Positions 22,526 through 34,749 of a stretch of 64,000 bases of DNA are shown here, piece after piece. Origin of the DNA: Eledone cirrhosa (Eukaryota); assembly GCA_964016885.1 (NCBI GenBank), contig OZ024741.1:76198001-76262000 (forward strand), written 5' to 3'. The notes beneath the pieces were generated by a model. That model had not been told where the DNA came from. It did no database searches and was given only the letters and a program-made list of their open reading frames with translations. Both the position numbers and the translations under genes were made by a program. Within the stretch, counting starts at the first letter, position 1; every line of letters begins with the position of its first letter.

Positions 22526-23116
22526 AATTTTGAAATTCTGATGAGTGAAGAAAATATTTACAAAGTTTTTATATTTTGATATTTAAAATGTTTTAAGTGT
22601 AGTTTAGAGTAAAATTTTTGTCACACAAATCTACTACATAATGACTTTTTTTACTATTTCATCTGTTTTATAAAGTTTTAAGTTTCTTAAATGTTTGTTT
22701 ACCTTCAGCTACTCAAATGCTGGAAGTATTTTTTTTAAGTAGATAATAGCACGGTCTCCCAAATGTAACAGGTTTTTATTTAATATACACATCGAATGGA
22801 AACAATTTAATGGTATACAAGTATTAAAGCTTTAGGTAGATTTTTTACAGCAAGCAAGAAAAAGAGAGAGCAAGAGAAGGGAGAGAGAGCAAGTGAAATA
22901 AAGCAAAACAAGATTGAAATATTATATTCACATGTTTGAATGTGTGCAATATAATGAATCATTTTAGTCAAATACAGGCATATTTTTATTCAAACTGATA
23001 CATTTTTACCTACTGTTATCTTTAGTGGCAAACATACCTCCAAATTTACCTGTCATATGGCAGTTAACATTCTAATACATGAATATTGTATCAGGTTTGT
23101 TTCCTCATAATTCAGT

Positions 23117-23237
23117 TAATATATACAGTTGATAAGTGTAATAATATATACAGTTGATAAGTGTAATAATATATACAGTTGATAAGTGTAATAATATATA
23201 CAATTGATGAGTGTAATATATACAGTTGATGAGTGTA
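23117..23237. repeat. ~25-bp minisatellite, ~5 copies
   Basis: AATATATACAGTTGATAAGTGTAAT repeated. Confidence 0.85.
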
Positions 23238-23674
23238 GAATTCAAGCAAAGATTATTCCCTCTCTATCAAACTTCACACTTTGACAAAGTGAACATAATA
23301 ATAATTATGATTTTTTAAAAATGTTCATACAGATTGAAGATGATGGGGACAGTACAAAAGTTAAATAGTTAAGCAATACACTTCATTTCACAGTGCTCTT
23401 GTCCATTCAGTTAGAAAATACATGCTACTAGCAACTAGGTGTTAACATTGTGATGGACTGGTATTCCCTCCAGGAGGAAATCTTGTACTCTGTTGCTTAA
23501 CACTTCATGAAACCAGGATAAATTCCAGCCTGATGAATCTCTAGGATAAACTCCAGGCTTGAGAATGACTTTAACACTATTTTTGAAAACAAGATAGGGG
23601 TGGTTTGGAAATCATTTGATTATAGGTCTGCTCAGGCAAGGCTGATCTGAAGTTAAACAACTTCGATTCCTTTA

Positions 23675-23985
23675 ATCGGAAGCCCCTTTTGGTCATGGCT
23701 GACCATGGTTTTGCTCCTAGAAAATTTCTCCCCAAGGCACAAGTCTAGGCAAGGTGTTTTCATAGGAGATCAGAAGTCGCCAAAGCATACCAGTCTCCCT
23801 TCTCCACACCACTGATGTTGTCCAAGGGAAAGGTAATAGTCAATACTACTTGGTTCCAGTACGTCGCAGCCCATTTTTTCCAGCTGAATGAAGTGTCTTG
23901 TTCAAGGGCACAACATGCCACTCTGTCAGAATTAAACTCACAATCACTTAATTATGAACTTAACCCTCTACCCACTAAACCATAA
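23675..23985 (-). mobile_element. Degraded tRNA-derived SINE with CORE-like segment
   Basis: Minus strand has decayed A/B-box-like head followed by TTGTGCCCTTGAACAAGACACTT. Confidence 0.45.
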
Positions 23986-24042
23986 ATGACTTAAGTAATG
24001 TGCTTGTTCATTTGATAATTTCCTTGAAATATATATATATAT

Positions 24043-24376
24043 CAAAACACCCCCCCACCCCACCCCATCCACACCGCCCCTTTCAATGTAAAGTTATGTT
24101 GGTGCCACAACATCCAGGCCGAAACAAATGAGATCGTGTAGGTGTCACGACAAAAAACACACAGTCCATGCTGTAATGTGGCCGTGTAGGCAACACAGTA
24201 AAAACCTCCCAGCCCCACACTGTAAATGTGGTTGGTGTTAGGAAGGGCATCCAGCTGTAGAAAACCCGCCAGACAGTCCTATGCGAGCAAGACAATCACT
24301 CTTGCCTCAAGTGGGAAAACCCCCGTCCAAACCCATGCAAGCGTGGAACACGGACGTTAAACGTTGATGATGATGA
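24043..24376 (+). mobile_element. RTE subfamily B 3' UTR fragment
   Basis: Reverse complement of 63430-63780-type sequence; (GAT)n tail. Confidence 0.85.
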
Positions 24377-24441
24377 TATATATACACACACATATATATA
24401 TCATGCTAGCATGGAAAGTGGATGTTAAACGATGATGATGA

Positions 24442-24487
<46 letters not shown>

Positions 24488-26194
24488 TATAAATGTATAA
24501 ATAGGAGTTGTGGCGGCAGTAGAGCAGATACCGATCAAATTGTTTGAGGCACTCTATGGTGCGAAAAGTTAATACATTTTTGTCCAGAGTAAACACAAAG
24601 TTAAGAAAGTGAGACCATGAACAAAATGACCAGGTGTATATGGCCATAGTTTATAGCCACAACAACAATAAACAGGTAGGATACTAATATATATATGTAT
24701 AGTTTAGTCAAGGTGGGAAAGGCACTCTCCATGACTCTTTACAGAGCCTTGTGGCTGGTGTGGGAAGGTATTCTCAAAATGTAAACTTAGTCTGAATGCG
24801 TGCAACAGAATGGATTCTGTTAAAGAAACTCAAGCACCAAGTTGTGGTGTTAAGCTGGGCAACACAGCAAGTTGACCACCCAAGTAGGCTTCAGTGGAGT
24901 TTTAACTCAAAATGCCAGGAATCAGAGCAATTACCTCTAGGTATCTCATCCAACACTATCAATTTGACCACTCCATCACCCTGGAGAGGTAATATATTTT
25001 ATTGATCCTAAAGACAAAGTTGACGCCAGCTACAATTGAACTCAAAAGAACAGAGAACCACAACAAAATCTATAATAATTTTGTCTAACACTAATAATTT
25101 CAGCAATCCACCATCCTGTTATTGGTTCTTTATTTTAACAACCCTAGAAAGATGAAAAGCTAAGTTGATCTGAGCTAGATATGATCTCAGAGCACAGAAA
25201 GCCATCACAAAAACCACAATCATTTTGTCCAACACTAATAATTCCAGCAGTCCATCACCTCGCATTGGTTCTTATTTCATCAATCCTGGAAGTATAAAAG
25301 CAAAGTTGACCTTGATGGGATACCACAAATTATTTTGTCATATGCTCTAATTACTCTGCCAGTTAACCATTGTATGTAAGAGGTATTTAAATTCATTGAA
25401 ATCTCTCTACAGATCAGATAAGATATTGGCTGGTATGTAGATGTGATTTTAATCTCCCCGATGAACTTACTGTTCAAGGACATCTTTCATGGAATATGTA
25501 CTATCCTGTTATGCTCGCATAATTTATCAAGTTTACTTGGTCATAAACATTTCAAAATGGAAAAAATAAAGAAAATTAGATTTACTGCTCACACCTATGA
25601 GGTTGTATCTCAGAGGTTTCAGAAAAAGCAACATGAAGCATCTAGCTCAAGAACACAATGTGCCAACTTGCCCCGGAATCAAACCCATGTGTTTATATTT
25701 ATATAAAACTCTCTATTATAATTTTATGTAAGAATGTTTGTTTTGTGCCAAACATCAGTGTAATAATTACTAAATCCTTCCAAATTCTTGATTGTTTTCA
25801 AAATTATTTGAAAATCATAGGCAGTTTTTCATAAGATAGGTAACAAAAGGTTGAAGCTGATGAAGTGTCTAAATGTCCATGCCAATTGAGTAGCCTTTCT
25901 CTGAGCACAGACGCACACACTTGATTTTGACTTCACCTAAAATAACTGGCTTACCACTACTACCATGGAGGTTTATATATTTCTCTCCTGTTTATTTTTG
26001 CTTCTAATATAAAGGGCTCTGCTTCATTGGCAATGTTGATTGTACTTAAACTAAATTCTGATCTCTACAGAAGAAATAGAAGCCTAATTCAGTTCTCAAT
26101 TACTGAACCACAATTTTGATACTCAACAGAGTGCTGTTCACAAACAGTGTAGTTAAAAAGGTTAACCCTTTTGTTACCATATTTCTATTGACAC

Positions 26195-29100
26195 ATCATC
26201 ATCATCATCATCATCATCATCACCGTTTTACGTCCGTTCTTCCACGCTAGCATGGGTTAGACGGGTTGTCCTGTTGTGGGCAGTGTCTGGTCGGCTGACC
26301 ATGCCTTGCTCATACAGGAACTGATCTGGCTTGATTTCTACAGCTGGATGCCCTTCCTAACACCAACCTCATTTACAGTGAGTGCTGGGTGCTTTTTCGT
26401 GGCGCCTACACGTCCACTTTACAGTGTGGGCTGGGTGCTTTTTTGCCGTGGCACCTCCACGATCACCTTGCGGTAGGGGGAGTGGGGGCATATTGTTTAT
26501 ATGCTTCAGCATGTACCCATGGGAGGTCGGGTACCCTGTATTACTGCGTGACGCCAGAAGTCACGGTCGTGTGTCATTGACTTTGAGAGGTGTAGTTGGG
26601 TAAGGTCGGCTTTTATCACCTCATCCCAAGTCATCTTGGGTCTCCCCACTCCGCGGTTTCCATCAACTTCTAGTGCTCTGCACCTTTTTATGCAGCTGTC
26701 ATCCTTCATACGCATCACATGTCCATACCAGCGTAACCGCCTCTCCTGCACGCAGCATTTGATTCCTCTTATGCTCAGTCTCTCTCTCAATTCCTTTATG
26801 CTTTGTCGTTCACGTATATTACTGTTACACATCCATCGGAGCATGCAGGCTTCGTTTCTCTCTAATCTACGTAAGTCTTCAGCGCCCAGGTCTCACTACC
26901 ATGCAACATCGCTGTTCGGATACACGCATCATACAGTCTGCCTTTCATTCTGAGGGAGAAGCCTTTTGCAGCTAGCAGTGGTAGTAGTTCCCTAAACTTC
27001 TTCCATCCCGTTCTTACCCTAGTTATTGTACTTTCTGAGCACCCACCTCCGCTGCTAATTCGGTCACCTAGGTAGCAGAAGCTGTCTACTGTTTCTACAG
27101 GGCCCTCCCAGAGATTGGTGGTACTTGTTTCCTGTGGCTGTTTGCTTGCTGTTTCAGCACAGCTGCTGCATGTGAATCCTACATTCTTAATTAAGCTTCC
27201 TGAGATCCCGCTACATCTCTTGTGTACCCATTGTTTGCATTTGGGGCAGAGAATGGAGTTCCTACCTACACCTTTCCTACATACTGAGCAAGGCCATTTC
27301 CCTGAGGGGATCTGGGTTCTGTTTTCTCGTCTACTTATAAGGACCTTAGTCTTTGTCATGTTGACTTTGAGGCCCTTTCTCTCTAGTCCCTGCTTCCAGG
27401 TTTGGAATTTATTCTCTAGTTCTACCATAGATTCAGCTATGAGTGCGAGGTCATCAGCATACAGGAGTTCCCATGGGCATCCGGTCTTAAACTCCTCCGT
27501 TATTGCCTGCAGGACTATGATGAACAGGAGAGGGCTAAGAACAGAGCCCTGGTGGACTCCAACCTGTACGCTAAATTCCTCGCTATACTCATTGCTAATC
27601 CTAACTTTGCTGACTGCTCCCCTATACATGGCTTGTACCGCTTTCACAAGCCATTCATCTACTCCTAGTTTTCTAAGAGCCCACCAGATTACTGCACGTG
27701 GAACTCTGTCAAAGGCTTTCTCAAGGTCGACAAATGCCAAGTAGAGTGGCTTACTTTTAGCTAGGTACTTTTCCTGTAATTGCCTCACAAGGAAGAGGGC
27801 ATCAGTGGTGCCTCTTCCTGGTACAAACCCAAATTGCATCTCGTCTATATTCACCCGGTCCCTAATCAGCTGTGCTATAACTCTTTCTGTTACTTTCATG
27901 ACCTGGTCCATCAACTTTATACCTCTATAGTTTCCTCTATCTAGTGCATCACCTTTACCTTTGTAGCAGTTGACAATGATGCTACTGCACCAATCTTTTG
28001 GTATGGCCCCCTCTAGTATTACCTGGTTAACGATGCGTGTGGTTATAGTGTGACCTACAGACCCAGATGCCTTCAGCATCTCGGCAGCTATACCCGATGG
28101 ACCGGTTGCCTTCCCTATCTTCATATCTCTGATTGCCTTACTTACTACGCTGCCGCTGACTTGTACTGCTGGTCCCTCTATAGGGTCTACGTGGGGTAGG
28201 GTCTCTTCTTCCCATGCATTCTCCTCATTTAGTAATCTATCATAATGACTCTTCCATGCATCTTTCTTCTCAGCACTTGTGAGGGCAAGCTCACCTTTAT
28301 CATTCCGGATACACTTCTCTCCAATGACATCACAACTATCTCTGACACACTGCCTCGCAATCTTGAATACCTCCTGTTTCTGGTCCTCACGTTGTAAAAC
28401 ATGCTTGAATTTTCTATCCTCTGCTTCCCTCCTAGCTAAGTATACTTGTCGCCTAGCTTGCCTCTTGGTCTCTATGTAATGTACCCTGCTCCCCCCGTTC
28501 TTCCATTCTTTCCATGCCTGTCTCTTGGCCTTGACTGCTTCATCTACCTTATTGTTCCACCACCAAGTCACTCTCCTCCTGCTTGAGGTCTTACTCCAGC
28601 CACAAACCTCATCCGTCGCCTCTAGTAAGTTATTTTTTAGGAACTCCCAGTTCTCTTCTACGTTAAATGTCTCTATCTGTTCTTCTTTACTGTCGTAGGC
28701 GTTGAGTAAAATATCTTTAAATCTGTTACTGGTTGAGGGGACTTTCAGCTTCCAGATCTTTGTTCTCCAGGTTGGCCTCTGTTTCCGGGTTCGTCTAGTT
28801 CTGACCGTGAGGTCGCTGACAACTAAGCTATGTTGGGATGTACATTCCTCACTAGGGAAGGCTTTTGTGTTTACGACCGTCCATCTGTCACGTCCTCTGA
28901 TGAGGATAAAATCTAACTGACTAGAGTGCTCCCCTGATCTATAGGTGATCAGGTGGTTGTGTTACATATCGACATGTCATTGGCGTCGCAGAATTCTAGA
29001 AGTCTGAATCCTTCCTCATTCCTTGTGCCAACTCCATGGCCTCCATGTACTCTATTGAAGCCGTCGCAGTGTTTACCTACGTGTCCGTTAAAATCTCCTG

Positions 29101-29830
29101 CAATGATTAGGAAGTCCTTGTCGTCTGTTAGAGCAGTAGTGTGTATTAGGGACTCATAAAACCTATCCTTAAGTACGTCTGGCAGCCCCGATTGGGGTGC
29201 GTAAGCTGATAATATTGTGGTAATTGTCTTATTCAGGACTAGTCTGAGTTTAATGATTCTTGCATTTACCCTGTACACTGAGATTACTTTACCCACTTGT
29301 CAGCTAATAGTATACCTACACCACCCATCCCATCGTTATTTCCCACCCAGAAAAATTTGTAGCACTGGCTTTTTCCTATAAGGACTCTAGCAGACCCTCC
29401 TCTCCATCTAGTCTCTTGCACACAGCATACATCAACTTCCTTTCGCTCTAGCATTTCTACGATTTCTCCTGCTCTTCCTTTCATTGAGCCTACATTGATG
29501 GTACCAACTCGGAGTTTTGGGCATTTGTCGACACTCGTAGGCGAGGGTCTCTGGGTTGGCGCTTCACGTGGGTGCTTGGTAGCTCGCAGATTCATATTTC
29601 ATCTATTGATTCAGAGTTGCTCAAATGTATTCTCAGCTCATCTATCCATAACCGTGGGAACATTGAGGGCTAGAAGAACAGTGGTGGTGGGGTAATGGCA
29701 GGGTGTGTTGGGATGCTCCAGAGGAGGAGAGAGTTAGTTAGGCAGGTAGTAGCAACAGCAGTGGAAATGGCATGCTAGGTTTGATTGGTCGAATAGACTA
29801 TGGTGGTGTGTGGGGGAGGGAACTTGTGAG
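26195..29830 (-). mobile_element. Full-length but frameshifted RTE LINE (subfamily A)
   Basis: Near-identical to 45845-49510; ORF broken into 29284-29595, 28949-29296, 26862-28571 and 26506-26844 by small deletions. Confidence 0.95.
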
Positions 29831-32445
29831 GTAGGAAGTGAGGGTCGCATGGTAAATAACTGAGAGCGATACAATAGAATTAGAATACCGCATGGAAAAT
29901 ATCCAAGTTAATACTACATCAGTAAAATTAACAATAATAATGTCATGAAAACTACTAAGAAAAATCCTCGAAAATTTATCGCTAATACAGCAGGGAAAAT
30001 TTATCGCTAATACAGCAGGGAAAATTTATCGCTAATACAGCAGGGAACATCATTAATCATTAATATTAACAACAATATGTAGGCTAAAATACCTTCGTAG
30101 ATTAGTAAGGATGGATGGCTGGAAAATTGGAATCAACTCTAGTGATACATTTTAGCAGAGAAGAATGGGAAAGTGTCTTATCTCTTCAATATTTTCAGAT
30201 TGAATGAATTAGGTTAAAGACAGGGTAGTAAACCTTAAAGAGATGCATAGAGAGGGGGGGGTGGGGTAGGAAGTGAGGGTCGCATGGTAAATAACTGAGA
30301 GAGATACAATAGAATTAGAATACCGCATGGTAAATATCCAAGTTAATACTACATCAGTAAAATTAACAATAATAACGTCATGAAAACTACTAAGAAAAAT
30401 CCTCGAAAATTTATCGCTAATACAGCAGGGATAATTTATCGCTAATACAGCAGGGAGCATCATTAATCATTAATATTAACAACAATATGTAGGCTATGGT
30501 AAATAACTGAGAGAGATACAATAGAATTAGAATAGCGCATGGAAAATAAAATATCCAAGTTAATACTACATCAGTAAAATTAACAATAATAACGTCATGA
30601 AAACTACTAAGAAAAATCCTCGAAAATTTATCGCTAATACAGCAGGGAAAATTTATCGCTAATACAGCAGGGAACATCATTAATCATTAATATTAACAAC
30701 AATATGTAGGCTAAAATACCTTCGTAGATTAGTAAGGATGGATGGCTGGAAAATTGGAATCAACTCTAGTGATACATTTTAGCAGAGAAGAATGGGAAAG
30801 TGTCTTATCTCTTCAATATTTTCAGATTGAATGAATTAGGTTAAAGACAGGGTAGTAAACCTTAAAGAGATGCATAGAGAGGGGGGGGGGGGTAGGAAGT
30901 GAGGGTCGCATGGTAAATAACTGAGAGAGATACAATAGAATTAGAATACCGCATGGAAAATATCCAAGTTAATACTACATCAGTAAAATTAACAATAATA
31001 ACGTCATGAAAACTACTAAGAAAAATCCTCGAAAATTTATCGCTAATACAGCAGGGAACATCATTAATCATTAATATTAACAACAATATGTAGGCTAAAA
31101 TACCTTCGTAGATTAGTAAGGATGGATGGCTGGAAAATTGGAATCAACTCGTAATACATTTTAGCAGAGAAGAATGGGAAAGTGTCTTATCTCTTCAATA
31201 TTTTCAGATTGAATGAATTAGGTTAAAGACAGGGTTGTAAACCTTAAAGAGATGCATAGAGGGGGGGGGGGGTAGGAAGTGAGGGTCGCATGGTAAATAA
31301 CTGAGAGAGATACAATAGAATTAGAATACCGCATGGTAAATATCCAAGTTAATACTACATCAGTAAAATTAACAATAATAATGTCATGAAAACTACTAAG
31401 AAAAATCCTCGAAAATTTATCGCTTATACAGCAGGGATAATTTATCGCTAATACAGCAGGGAACATCATTAATCATTAATATTAACAACAATATGTAGGC
31501 TAAAATACCTTCGTAGATTAGTAAGGATGGATGGCTGGAAAATTGGAATTAACTCTAGTGATACATTTTAGCAGAGAAGAATTGGAAAGTGTCTTATCTC
31601 TTCAATATTTTCAGATTGAATGAATTAGGTTAAAGACAGGGTAGTAAACCTTAAAGAGATGCATAGAGAGGGGGGGGGGGGTAGGAAGTGAGGGTCGCAT
31701 GGTAAATAACTGAGAGAGATACAATAGAATTAGAATACCGCATGGTAAATATCCAAGTTAATACTACATCAGTAAAATTAACAATAATAACGTCATGAAA
31801 ACTACTAAGAAAAATCCTCGAAAATTTATCGCTAATACAGCAGGGATAATTTATCGCTAATACAGCAGGGAACATCATTAATCATTAATATTAACAACAA
31901 TATGTAGGCTATGGTAAATAACTGAGAGAGATACAATAGAATTAGAATACCGCATGGAAAATATCCAAGTTAATACTACATCAGTAAAATTAACAATAAT
32001 AACGTCATGAAAACTACTAAGAAAAATCCTCGAAAATTTATCGCTAATACAGCAGGGAAAATTTATCGCTAATACAGCAGGGAACATCATTAATCATTAA
32101 TATTAACAACAATATGTAGGCTAAAATACCTTCGTAGATTAGTAAGGATGGATGGCTGGAAAATTGGAATCAACTCTAGTGATACATTTTAGCAGAGAAG
32201 AATGGGAAAGTGTCTTATCTCTTCAATATTTTCAGATTGAATGAATTAGGTTAAAGACAGGGTAGTAAACCTTAAAGAGATGCATAGAGAGGGGGGGGGT
32301 AGGAAGTGAGGGTCGCATGGTAAATAACTGAGAGAGATACAATAAAATTAGAATACCGCATGGTAAATATCCAAGTTAATAAGTTAATACTACATCAGTA
32401 AAATTAACAATAATAACGTCATGAAAACTACTAAGAAAAATCCTC
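29831..32445 (-). repeat. Tandem array of ~400-bp monomers fused to the RTE 5' end
   Basis: GTAGGAAGTGAGGGTCGC recurs at 29831, 30266, 30892, 31273, 31681, 32299; internal 23-bp subrepeat in 1-3 copies; same monomer precedes the intact copy at 45270-45845. Confidence 0.92.
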
Positions 32446-33169
32446 TGTATATCAATTAATTAATGAATAATTTGGATGGATTTACTAAAATTATTAAGTA
32501 TTTCTTTTCCAAGATAACATTTGTAATATAACAAACGCTTTTTTAAACAAAATTATGCAATATGCCATAATCCAAAAGACCCATCTACCTGTACAAGCAC
32601 TGCAACACTAAGTAAATATGGTGAGAGACTGGAGAATACAGTTTTTGATAATCAAAATCAAATGGATACAATACAGGTTTTGAGAGAATTTTTCAGTCTG
32701 GCCAAGCATATGACAACCTCTCAATAAAATGCACCTAGAAGACCCTGTAAAGTGTTAGTGTTGGTACAGTGATGAAACATACCCAGTCCACTATTTAAAG
32801 TGATAGTACTGGTGTCATGAAAAATGCACCCAGCACAATATTTAAGATGGTTGGCTTTAAGAAAAGCATGTCAAATATGAAATGTAACAAGCAAGATTGT
32901 TCACTCCAACTGAACCCATCCAACACATGCCAGCATAGAAAATGGATATAAGATGATGATGAAGATATGTTGAAAGGCTTTAATTTAAATAGGAATCCTT
33001 TAAGATTGGTGGTTTTGTTTCGTAGAACCAGAGCTACCCAAATCAGTATAAAATGGGTTAAAGCCTTTATTGAACTCCAGAGGCCCATCAGGTATGAGTT
33101 TATTCTGTATTGTGTCTGGGAGTTCAAGGCTACTCTTTGGATAGGACTCCAGTTTGTTACAATGTTAAC

Positions 33170-33890
33170 CCTGAAATGAAAATCAGTGCTGCAAAGACTG
33201 AGACACTCGTCCTCTCAAGAAAGCTTGTGCAGTGCACTCTACATGTGAGTGGAGTTCCACTGAAGCAGGTGGAGAAGTTCATGTATCTTGGGGCCATGTT
33301 CATGAGTGATGGAAGGCAGGAGGCTGAATTAAGTGCAAGTATTGCAAGAGCTTGTGCAGTAATGTGCCAGTTTCAATATTTGGTCATCAGAAGAAGGGAG
33401 CTAGGTATAACAACCAAATTTGCTATCTTCAATTTGGTATTCTTGCCAACCCTTACCTATGGTCATGAATCTTGGTTAATGACAGAATGAATACAATTGT
33501 GAATACAAGCAGCTGAAACGGGATTCTGAAGGGTCTTTGGAGTAATGCTACTCAATAGAGTGTGTAGCTTGGAATTTTCAGAGAGTCACTCCAGGTAGAG
33601 CCACTACTTTTTCGAATTGAAAGATAACAGCTCCGATACTACAGGCATGTGGTTAGAAGGTCTCAGGAAAGAATCACTGGGCAGATTTTACGAGCAAAAC
33701 CAACTGGCAGGAGACCCAGCCGTAGACCCCAAGCCAGATAGTTGGATAACATCCATGAGCTTAGCTGGTCTGGCTTGGGAATCCAACCAGATCAATTGGA
33801 GTCAGTTGTTTCTGACAGGAGTCACTGGAAGGCATGCTTGAGGACTCTGTCCCCATGAGCTTCACAGGAATAAGTGAGTGAAGAAGAAGA
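33170..33890 (+). mobile_element. Degraded RTE (Rex3/Expander-like) 3' fragment
   Basis: MKISAAKTE...LKQVEKFMYLG...PTLTYGHESW; (GAA)n-like tail. Confidence 0.75.
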
Positions 33891-34119
33891 ACACAAGAAC
33901 TCAGAACCAGAATAAATACTACAAGGTATTTTTTATCCTATGCTCTATATAGTCCATCAATTCACTACCTACTGTCTGTCAATTTCCCACCTCTACTCAG
34001 CTGATTTGTTGCTTATGCTGTACCAATTCACCATGTTTACTCTACTAATTCATCACAGACTCTTAATTTGGCACCTATACTGTCACTTCACTGCCTATAG
34101 TGATGACTGGTGAGATGTT

Positions 34120-34335
34120 ATTATATTAGCTGGTAGAGTTATTAGAGTTGGACAAATGCTTAGCAGTATTTATGCTGGCTCTTAACATTCTAAGTTCAAA
34201 TCCATCCACAGTCAACTTTGCCTCACATCTTTCCAAGGCTGATAAAATAAATTAGCAGTCAAGAACTGGGGTTGATATGATTGACTTTCCTTTCTCTTCC
34301 CAAATTGTTGGCCTTGTGTCAAAATTAGAAACAAT
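34120..34335 (+). mobile_element. Diverged tRNA-derived SINE (same family as 42975-43182)
   Basis: AAGTTCAAATCC B-box-like motif followed by GTCAACTTTGCC...GATAAAATAA. Confidence 0.55.
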
Positions 34336-34749
34336 TACAGTATATACTCGAATATAAGCTGAGGAATATGTGTCAGTTTATTGTATTTTAGCTAGGCTGT
34401 GTAGTCCTGAGCACTCATTGACCATTCCATTGTGGTCTGAACTGACATCATTGTAAACTAGTCAATGGTCATTCTGACATCATCACTACATATTTAGAAC
34501 AATGAGATGACTGGTGAGATATATTATTATATTGGTTGGGCTATTTGTTTACAGAAGTGGAAATAATAAATATATGAGTCACATCAAATATTAACAAGTT
34601 TTAGCTATTAAATGGATAAACTAGCCATAAAATATAGTCTATATTAGACCAGATTCATTTGTTCTCACCTGTGAATAAGTGTTAATTGAGACACACCCTA
34701 TTATAGTTGTGTGTGTATATATATATATATATATATAGATAAATATATA

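Noticed and set aside
23525-23562. CTGATGA followed by a small hairpin
   Set aside because: No GAAA core or GUH site in register; probably a decayed SINE segment.
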